A DNA stretch of 64,000 nucleotides from positions 992,001 through 1,056,000 of the forward strand of contig CAWFAK010000017.1 of NCBI GenBank assembly GCA_963813715.1, written 5' to 3'. This document shows, piece by piece, positions 54,315-64,000 of the stretch; within the stretch, counting starts at the first letter, position 1, and each line of letters opens with the position of its first letter. The notes below the pieces were generated by a model. The model was not told where the DNA came from. It worked only from the letters and a program-made list of their open reading frames with translations, and did not search any database. Source of the stretch: an uncultured Planctomycetaceae bacterium. Its GTDB lineage: Bacteria > Planctomycetota > Planctomycetia > Planctomycetales > Planctomycetaceae. Both the position numbers and the translations under genes were made by a program.

Positions 54315-55729
54315 GTGACCACGCGTCCCGCAACCGCCGATAGCCAGGCTGCGATCGCCGAGCGCGATCCGCCATTGGCTGCTGAATTCCCGGTTGATGC
54401 GCCGAGTCCCGCTCCCGCCCTCGCAGAAAAGAAGTCGCAGGGATCGCTGCGATCCAACTTCTGGTGGATGCTGTCGGGAAATGCCGTCTACGCCCTGTGC
54501 CAGTGGGCACTCTTGGCAATTCTCGCCCGGCTGGGAACGCCGGCGATCGTGGGGCAGTACGTGCTGGCAGTGGCCGTCACCACGCCCATTACCGTCTTCT
54601 TCATGCTCCACCTGCGGGCGATCCAGGCAACCGACACGAAGCGGGATTATCAATTCGGTCATTACCTGGCGTTGCGGCTCTGTGCGATGGCGTTTGCCCT
54701 GGTCGTTGTCATCGGTGTCGGGCTGACGTCGGGTCACTCGGGGGACACGTTCCTCGTCATTACCGCGGTCGCCGTCTCTGCCGTTTGTGACTCGCTCAGC
54801 GACATCGTCTACGGGTTGCTGCAACAGCGGGAACGACTCGATCGGATCGGCCAGTCGATGATGTTGCGGGGGCTCGCCTCTGTCCTCCTGCTATCGGTGA
54901 CGATCGCCGCCACCGGCCGCGCGTTTTACGCAATTCTCGCGGTCGCCTGCGGCCGCTTGACGGTCTTGGCATTCTTCGACCTGCGCAACGCACGTCAAGA
55001 ACTCGCGCGAACGGGCAATCCCTGGCAGGCTTCGATCAAGCCGCGGTGGGAGCCGCGCCGGATGCTTCAGTTGGCCAAACTCGCCCTGCCCTTGGGGCTG
55101 GTGATGATGCTGGTCGTGCTGAGCACGAACATCCCGCGGTATTTCGTCGAGAGTTACGTGGACCAGGCCGCCCTGGGAATCTTCGGCGCCATTGGTTACC
55201 TCAGCGTCGCCGGAACGATGGCCGTGGGTGCGCTGGGAGACTCGGTCACACCGCAGCTCGCTCGCGATTACGCCTGCGGTCGTCGCCGCGAATTCGGACT
55301 GTTCGTGCTCCGTCTGGCTGGGCTCGGTGCGGCGTTGGGCGCGGCCGGCGTGCTCGTCGCCCTGGTCGCCGGCGGGCCGCTCCTGAAGATTCTGTACGGG
55401 CCCGTCTATGCCGAACGGACCGACGTTCTGATTCTGACCATGATCGCGGCGGGCATCGGCTACGTCGCTTCGTTCTCGGGATACGCGGTCACCGCAGCCC
55501 GCTTTTTCCGGCGCAATTGCCGCTGTTCGCGGCCGTCGCTCTCGTCACCGCTCTCGGATGCTGGTGGCTGGTTCCCCGGTGGGGACTGCGGGGTGCGGCC
55601 GTGGCATTGGCCCTTTCGGCGCTGACGCAACTCCTCGGCTCCGGGCTGATCCTTATCTACGCCCTGCGCGCGAACACGGACGACGAGTCCTCGCTGCGAG
55701 CCGACGGCCTGTCGAGGTGCGCATCATGA
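54315..55729 (+). CDS. Wzx-type flippase (frameshift ~55510)
   Basis: Many TM helices, NIPRYF, WGLRGAA; ATGA overlap with the next gene. Confidence 0.87.
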
Positions 55730-56960
55730 GTACGAATCACCCGATTCGCGTGCTGCACGTTTTCGGCGCGCTCAATCGCGCCGGGGCCGAGACCTGGCTC
55801 ATGAACGTGCTGCGTAATATTGACCGCGAGCGATTTCAGCTCGATTTCGTCGTTCACACGACTGTCCCCGGTGCGTACGACCCGGAAGTTCGCCGCGCTC
55901 GGTGGCCGGATCTTTCCCTGCCTAGGCACGCGGAATCCCTTGCGGTACGGCCGCAACCTGAAGGCCATCCTGGAAACCGCCGGTCCTTTCGACGTCGTCC
56001 ACAGCCATGTTCATAACTACTCGGGCTTCGTGCTGCGAACGGCGCGGCAAACGGGCGTCCCGATCCGAATCGCTCACAGTCATTGCGACACGTCACTGTT
56101 CGACAACCAAGCCGGCGCGCCACGGCGGGCCTATCTGAAACTGATGAATTGGTGGCTGCACCGGCACACCACCCTCGGGTTGGCGGTGAGTCGCTGCGCA
56201 GCCGATTCGCTCTTTGGCGCAAATTGGTCGAGCGATCCGCGGTTTCGCATCTCTTATTGCGGCATCGATCTCGCCCCCTTCCGCGCTCAGGCGGATCGCA
56301 AGGCCGTTCGCGGCGAATTCAACATTCCCGAAAACAGCTTCGTCGTCGGCCACGTCGGGCGATTCGACTACCAGAAGAATCACAAGTTCCTCATCGAAAT
56401 CTTCGCCGCCCTGGTGAAACGGAAGCCCGAAGCTCGGCTGCTGTTGATCGGTGAAGGGCCGCTCCGACCCGAGATCGAAGCCCAAGTCGCGCAGGCACAA
56501 CTGCAGAGACCGCGTGATCTTCGCCGGTCCGCGGCCCGATGTCCCGCGGCTGATGACGGCGGCCATGGACGCGTTCGTCTTCCCGTCGCATTTCGAGGGA
56601 CTGCCCCTCGTGCTGCTCGAAGCCCAAGCGGCGGGCTTGCCGTGTCTGCTCGCAGACACCGTCGCCGAGGAGACCACCGTCAATTCAGCGCTTGTGCGTC
56701 GTTTGTCGCTCTCGCAGACCCCGCAGACCTGGTGCGACGAATTGGCCGTACTGTGTCATTCGCTCGCAGGCCGCACTCGCCAGGAAGCGGTGAGCGTAAT
56801 CGAGCAGAGCCCGTTCAATATCGATGTGGGAGTGGCCCGGCTGCAGGAGTTTTACCGCGGCGAACAAAACGCGCTGAGCAGTTCCGCGGCCCAAGCCACC
56901 CCCGTAATCGACCGGTCGTTCATTGAGTCGCATCCGCAACCGTTAGAGGCCGTTTCCTAA
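55726..56960 (+). CDS. GT4 glycosyltransferase (frameshifts ~55890, ~56505)
   Basis: RVLHV..LNRAGAET, RIAHSH, GHVGRF..QKNH, FPSHFEGLPLVLLEAQ. Confidence 0.9.
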
Positions 56961-56972
56961 AGTCGTCCGACC

Positions 56973-58504
56973 ATGATTGCCGCTGTCACTACTCAACGTC
57001 GCGAACCGTCCGCCGTGCCGCTCCTGCAGGCCGTCTTTGTGGGCTTGCTGGTGTTGGGCGGGTTGGTCGTTCCGTCGCTCGACCTGGATGCGGCCTCGCT
57101 CGTCTATCCACTCTGCTGCCTGATCCTGGCCCACGGCGTCTGGTCGGTTCTTTCTTGGGCGCGGATCACGCGTAGCTGGTTTGACTGCTACAACTTGTTC
57201 CTGATCGCGGCGACGCTCTTCAACGCCGGTCAGGCCTGTCTCGAGGTGTTCGGCCTCAACCAAGAGTCCATGCTGGGCGGACAGTTTTCGCCCGTCACTC
57301 TCGATCGCACCTTGTACGTGGTGTTGCTTGGCCTGGCCGCCATGCATCTGGGTGCGGTGGTCGCCGCCGTTCGGGCTCCGCGCCGAGTCGAATCGACGCA
57401 AGTCGATCTGGACGCAGTGCGTGTCAGTCTGCGTACGGTCGGCTGGATCCTGCTGCTGGTTTCGCTCCCCTTCACGGCACTCGTGATCCGGGAAGAACTG
57501 GCCGTGGTGGCGTCGGGCGGCTACTTCGCCTTGTATCAGCAACAGGCGGCCACCGGTTTGAACGCGGGCCACCTGGTGCTTTCGATCTGCTTGATTCCCG
57601 GCACGCTGTTCCTGCTGGCCGGCGCCAGTCGCAATCCGTGGCAGCGACTCGTAGCCGTCGGCGTCATCGGCGGATACGCGGCCATCCAGTTTTATCTCGG
57701 TGTTCGCCACGAGGCGGCCATTCTGGCGGTCGAAGCGGCTTGGGTGTGGCACCGGCTCGTGCGGCCCATCCGTCCGGCGCTCCTGCTCGGAGCGGCCGCG
57801 GTCCTGATCGCGGTCGTCTTTCCGCTCGTCGGTGCCGTGCGAAACACCAGCGGCAAAGACCGCTCGAGCTTCGAGTACCTCACGCAGAACTTCAGAGACG
57901 ATCGACAACCCGCTCGTGGCCAGCATCAGCGAGATGGGCGGCTCGATGGAAACCGTCGCACACACCCTCAACTTCGTCCCCGCTCGAGCGCGATTACGAA
58001 ATGGGCGTGGGCTACGCGTACGCCGTCTCGACCTTGTTCCCGAATCTGTTTTGGAAGATTCATCCGGCGATGGAGCACGAGCTGCCGAGCAGCTGGCTCA
58101 CCTGGCAAGTCGACCCCTACACGGCCAGCCAGGGCGGCGGCTTGGGTTTCTCGTTCATCGCCGAGGCCTATTTCAACTTCGGCTACATCGGCGTGCCCGT
58201 GGTCCTCTTCGGCTGCGGGTACTTCCTCAGCAAGCTGGCCCGATGGTCCCGTGGCGTGCGACCGGACCGAGTGGCCCTCGTCGCCACGGCGGCATGCTTT
58301 GCGATCTTTCTGGTTCGTGCCGAGTTGGCCGTCGTGCTGCGAGGCGTCATCTGGTACTCGATCGGCCCTTATCTGGCCACTGTTTGGCTCACGCGTCGCC
58401 GCATGGCCCAGTTGGCCCCGCCAATCGACATCCCAGCAATCAACCGCCGACTCGAGCCGTCACTGCCGTCTTCGCGGCTCAGCGGTTCCATTGGAAACAA
58501 CTAG
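56973..58504 (+). CDS. Wzy-type polysaccharide polymerase (frameshifts ~57895, ~57980)
   Basis: Many TM helices; EMGGS; GGLGFSFIAEAYFNFG. Confidence 0.85.
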
Positions 58505-58516
58505 AGACTGTCGGTC

Positions 58517-59752
58517 ATGAAAGTTTGTGTCGCACTTGAACAGCGGTTTTACAGAACGCCGGACCGCGCCGTCTGGACCGACGGACCGTGCGCCCGTCCG
58601 TTCTGGGATCGCTATCTCGAAGTCTTCGACGAAGTGCAGGCGATCGCCCGCGTGAAGCCCGTCGATCAACGACCGGCCAACGTGCTGCGGGCCGACGGCG
58701 ACGGCGTCGCCTTCGCGCCCGTGACCTATTACATCGGGCCGCGCGAGTACCTGCAAAAAGCGACGGCCGTGCGCAAATCGGTCATCGCCGGAGCCGGAAC
58801 AGCCGACGCCATCATGTTGCGCGTGCCCTCGAATCTCGCCTCGGTGCTCGTGCCGACGCTCGTCCGCCGCGGTCAGCCGTTCGCCGCGGAAGTCGTCGGC
58901 GACCCGTACGATGCCTTCTCGCCCGGGGCCGTCAAGCATCCGCTGCGGCCGTTCTTGCGGCGATGGTTCGCCCGCGAGTTGCGGCAGCACTGCCGCCAGG
59001 CGTTCGCGGCGGCTTACGTCACGGCCGAGGCGCTGCAGCGACGCTATCCCGTCGGGCCCAACGGCCGGAGCTTCTACTTCTCCGACGTGCAACTGAGCGG
59101 TCTCACGGCTGAGTCTCCGCGGCCGCTGACGCAGAAAACATCCTGGAAGTTGATCTCAGTCGGCTCACTGGAACACCTCTACAAAGCCCAGGACGTGCAG
59201 ATCGACGCCGTCGCCCGCTGCCGCCAGCAGGGCCTCGACGTGGAGTTGATTCTCGTCGGCGACGGGCAGCATCGGCCCGCATTGGCCGAGCGAGCCGCGC
59301 GGCTCGGCATTGCCGCGAATGTTCACTTCCGGGGGCAACTTGCGTCCGGCGAACCGATTCGGGACGAGCTGGATCAGGCCGATCTCTTCCTGCTGCCGTC
59401 GCGGCAAGAGGGACTGCCCCGGGCGATGATCGAAGCGATGGCCCGGGCCCTGCCCTGCCTCGGCTCCACAGTCGGCGGCATTCCCGAGCTTCTACCACCC
59501 GAAGACATGGTGCCGCCCGGCGACGCGGAGGCCCTTGCCCAAGAGATCAAAGAGTTCGTCACCGATCCCGCGCGGATGCAACGCACGTCGGCCGTCAACT
59601 TGGTCCGCGCCGGCGACTTCCAGGAGGAGGTGCTCCGCGAGCGGCGCCTCGAGTTTTACCGTTACGTCCGCGAACAGACCCAAGAGTGGCTCGCCCGCCG
59701 CCAGACAGCGAGAGGGACAGGAACAGCGAGCCTCGTGACTGCAAACTCCTAG
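58517..59752 (+). CDS. GT4 glycosyltransferase
   Basis: SVGSL..YKA; LPSRQEGLPRAMIEAMA; VGGIPE. Confidence 0.92.
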   Translation: MKVCVALEQRFYRTPDRAVWTDGPCARPFWDRYLEVFDEVQAIARVKPVDQRPANVLRADGDGVAFAPVTYYIGPREYLQKATAVRKSVIAGAGTADAIMLRVPSNLASVLVPTLVRRGQPFAAEVVGDPYDAFSPGAVKHPLRPFLRRWFARELRQHCRQAFAAAYVTAEALQRRYPVGPNGRSFYFSDVQLSGLTAESPRPLTQKTSWKLISVGSLEHLYKAQDVQIDAVARCRQQGLDVELILVGDGQHRPALAERAARLGIAANVHFRGQLASGEPIRDELDQADLFLLPSRQEGLPRAMIEAMARALPCLGSTVGGIPELLPPEDMVPPGDAEALAQEIKEFVTDPARMQRTSAVNLVRAGDFQEEVLRERRLEFYRYVREQTQEWLARRQTARGTGTASLVTANS

Positions 59753-59773
59753 TCGCCAACCAGACAAACCCGC

Positions 59774-61009
59774 GTGAGTCAACGTCCGAATCCAGAGACC
59801 ACAACCGTGACGCAGCAAAAAAAACTCGTGCATATCGTCACCTCGCCGATGACGGCGTGGGCGTTTTTGCGCGGCCAGCTGCGTTTCATGAAGGAACGCG
59901 GCTTCGACGTTACGTTGATCAGCGCACCCGGCTGGGAATTGAATGAGATCGCCCAGCAGGAAGGGGTCGAGCCGATCGCCGTCTCCATGTTGCGCGAGCC
60001 GGCCCCCTGGAGCGACAGCGTGACGCTGGCCCGCATGACGAAACTCTTGCGGCGACTGCGACCGCAAATCGTCCACTGCGGCACGCCCAAAGCTTGCCTC
60101 GTGGGCGGTTTGGCCGCCCGCTGCGCAGGCGTGTCGGCGCGCGTGATGACGCTGCACGGAATGCGAGCCGATGGCCTGACCGGGCCGAAGCGTCAACTCA
60201 TGCTGTTCCTCGAACGTTTGTCGTGCGCAAGTGCTCAGCGAGTTTATTGCGTCGGTGAGAGCCTGCGGGCGCGGGCCCTCGAATTGCGACTGTCCTCCGC
60301 CTCCAAGCTGCGAGTGCTCGGAGCGGGCACAGCCAACGGAATCGACGTCCAACGGTTCGCGCGCACGCCAGCGCTGCTCGAACGCAGCCAGGCACTCCGC
60401 GCACGTCTGCACCTGCCCGCCGACGCCCCGGTTGTCGGTTTTGTCGGCCGTCTCGTGCGTGACAAAGGCGTGGCCGAGCTGATTGGCGCTTTCGGCGAGT
60501 TGAAGCGCGAATTCCCGAATCTGATTCTGCTCCTGGTCGGCCCGCTCGAGAATTATGACGGCCTGGACCCAGAGTTGCGCACGCGGATCACCGGCGATCC
60601 GCAAATCGTGCACACGGGATTCCTCGAAGACACCGAGTCCGCCTACCCGCTCATGACCGTGCTCGCTCTGCCGACGTACCGTGAAGGTTTCCCGTACGTG
60701 CCGATGGAAGCCGCCGCGATGGGGGTCCCGGTCGTTGCCACGCGAGTGACGGGCTGTGTGGACGCCGTCGTCCACGGCCGCACCGGGACGCTGGTGCCGC
60801 CGCGCGACGCCGCTGCTCTGGCGACCGCGCTGGCCACCTACCTGCGCGACGCGTCGCTCTGCCGTCAGCACGGCCAGGCCGGTCGCGCACGGGTGGAGAA
60901 CGAATTCCGGCCCGAGCCGATCTGGCAATTGCTCTACGAGGAATACTGCGAAATGCTCGGCGAATCTCGCGAGAGTCTCACGAGCCCGATTCCTGCAAGA
61001 TCGTCCGCA

Positions 61010-61013
<4 letters not shown>
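59774..61013 (+). CDS. GT4 glycosyltransferase (CapM-like); in frame with the following aminotransferase as assembled
   Basis: GQLRFM, HCGTPKA, FVGRLVRDKG, PTYREGF..VPMEAAA. Confidence 0.9.
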
Positions 61014-62292
<1,279 letters not shown>

Positions 62293-62296
<4 letters not shown>

Positions 62297-63053
62297 AAAG
62301 CTCTCCGGCAGTCATGGATACCTTTGAACCCAAATTTCGGTCACAGGAATTGCGTGCCCAGGTGCGTGCAGGGGGCAGCGCCATTCAGCGGTGTGCCAAG
62401 CGAGCGAGCGACGTCACCGGCGCCATCGTCGGACTGATCGTGCTCTCCCCGGTCTTTGCCCTCGTGGCTCTGGCTGTGTGGGCGCGAATGGGACGACCAG
62501 TCCTGTTTCGGCAAGTGCGGGCCGGCCGCAACGAACAACCATTTCGCCTCTTCAAATTCCGTACGATGACCAACGACCGCGAACCAACCGGCGAGCTGCT
62601 GCCCGATTCGGTCCGCCTGACGCGCTGGGCCGCTTCCTCAGGAGCACGAGCCTAGACGAGCTGCCCCAGTTGATCAACGTGGTGATGGGCGATCTGTCGC
62701 TCGTCGGCCCGCGTCCGCTACCGATGCGGTATCTGCCGCGCTATACGAGTCGCCAGCAGCTGAGACATCGCGTGCGGCCCGGCATTACCGGACTGGCGCA
62801 GGTCAATGGACGCAACCAGTTGGATTGGGAGCGTCGGCTCGAACTGGACGTGACTTATTACGAGCGGTTCTCGATCTGGCTCGACGTGAAAATTCTGGCG
62901 GCAACAGTCCGCGAGGTCGCGCTGCGGCGAGGGGCTTCCGACAGCGCAGAAACGCAAGAGTTCTGGGGGACGCATGGCAAACCCGCCAACAGTCCCAACA
63001 GTTATCCGGTGGAAGAGAACGAACTCGCACAGTTGAGCAGCAAGACTGTCTGA
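62293..63053 (+). CDS. Initiating sugar-phosphate transferase (PglC/EpsL-like; frameshift ~62625)
   Basis: KRASD, FKFRTM, SLDELPQL, SLVGPRP, VRPGITGLAQVNGR. Confidence 0.93.
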
Positions 63054-63108
63054 GAAACAGGGCGAACGCGGCGCGACGCCGCAAGCGAACGATGGGACCA
63101 AGTGGCGA

Positions 63109-64000
63109 ATGTTGTGGGACTTGGTAGAACCGGGCTCCGAACTCTGGACGGCCGCCCTGCGCGATCTCCGGCACGATTTCTATCATTTGCCGGAATACGT
63201 ACGGCTCAGCGTCGGCCTCTACGACGGAGGGAGGCCCCGCGCCTTCATCGCCCGCGACGACGACGGCCTGTTCCTGTTGCCGCTGATCCTGCGACCGATC
63301 GAGATCGGGTCTCAAGATCCGCAGCTTTTCGATGCGATCAGCCCGTACGGCTATCCCTCGCCGATCGTGTCGGTTCGTCCCGGTTGTGACGAAGGCCAGT
63401 TCCTGGATCGGGCCATCGGAATGCTGGTCGAATGCCTGGGGCAGTCGCAGGTGGTGAGCGTGTTTTGCCGTCTGCACCCGATGCTGCCCCTGCCGGCAGA
63501 GCCGCTGTCCCGCTGGGGAACCGTGATCGAGCACGGTCCGACTGTCTATTGCGACCTGCACATGCCCCAAGCGGAGCTGTGGTCATCGACGCGGGAGACG
63601 GTCCGCCGCCAGATCCGCCGCCTTGAAAAGCGCGGATTCTTCGCCGAGGAAGACACGACCTGGCGGCATTATGACGCCTTCCAGAAGGTCTACACCGACA
63701 CCATGCGTCGGGTGGGGGCGACCGAGTGGTACTTTTTCGACAGCGATCACTTCGAGGACTTGCGCCAGGCGCTCGTCGATCAACTGCACCTGATCGTCGT
63801 CCGCAACGAGGAATTGGTGATTTGCGCGGGTCTGTTTGCGGAAACGTGCGGAATCGTGCAGTATCACCTGGCCGGCACGGGTGACGGGTATGAAAAAAGC
63901 GACGCGTCGAAATTATTGATTCATTACGCCCGCCAATGGGCCCAAGAACGCGGAAATGACGTGCTCCACCTGGGCGGAGGCGTCGGAGCGGCGCATGATT
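63109..64000 (+). CDS. FemAB-like GNAT-fold acyl/aminoacyl transferase (runs off window)
   Basis: Manual translation: MLWDLVEPGS..HDFYHLPEY..ISPYGYPSP..FCRLHP..YTDTMRRVGA..QYHLAG..LHLGGG. Confidence 0.85.
   Translation, partial: MLWDLVEPGSELWTAALRDLRHDFYHLPEYVRLSVGLYDGGRPRAFIARDDDGLFLLPLILRPIEIGSQDPQLFDAISPYGYPSPIVSVRPGCDEGQFLDRAIGMLVECLGQSQVVSVFCRLHPMLPLPAEPLSRWGTVIEHGPTVYCDLHMPQAELWSSTRETVRRQIRRLEKRGFFAEEDTTWRHYDAFQKVYTDTMRRVGATEWYFFDSDHFEDLRQALVDQLHLIVVRNEELVICAGLFAETCGIVQYHLAGTGDGYEKSDASKLLIHYARQWAQERGNDVLHLGGGVGAAHD

Overview
GC-rich bacterial chromosomal segment, almost certainly a planctomycete (DUF1559 prepilin-like gene, DUF1549/DUF1553 + DUF1501 pair, DUF1570, SEC-C/TPR protein). 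About 18 genes are split by 1-bp indels, including housekeeping ribD and cls; I read this as uncorrected long-read error, not pseudogenisation, and give reconstructed coordinates. Content: apbE, a secreted EF-hand calpain-like protease, clcA, hemH, a tandem esterase, a YtrA-type ABC operon with a clear operator, a thioredoxin-fold cluster ending in a Zn-ribbon/TM/redoxin/heme c/Cu-monooxygenase-like fusion, a Cys-rich DUF1559, ribD, purC, a Ser/Thr kinase, gmd-fcl, an NtrC-type two-component system, cysC, cls, and the first ~13 kb of a Wzx/Wzy polysaccharide locus. Most interesting: (1) a papain-fold protein with all three catalytic residues replaced, divergent from the polysaccharide operon; (2) the membrane-spanning Cu-monooxygenase-like fusion; (3) two more degenerate-site proteins (GH10-like, hemerythrin-like); (4) four candidate sigma-54 promoters in front of unusual genes. 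I recognised no tRNA, rRNA, CRISPR array or mobile element. Family calls come from motif recognition by eye; no searches were run.
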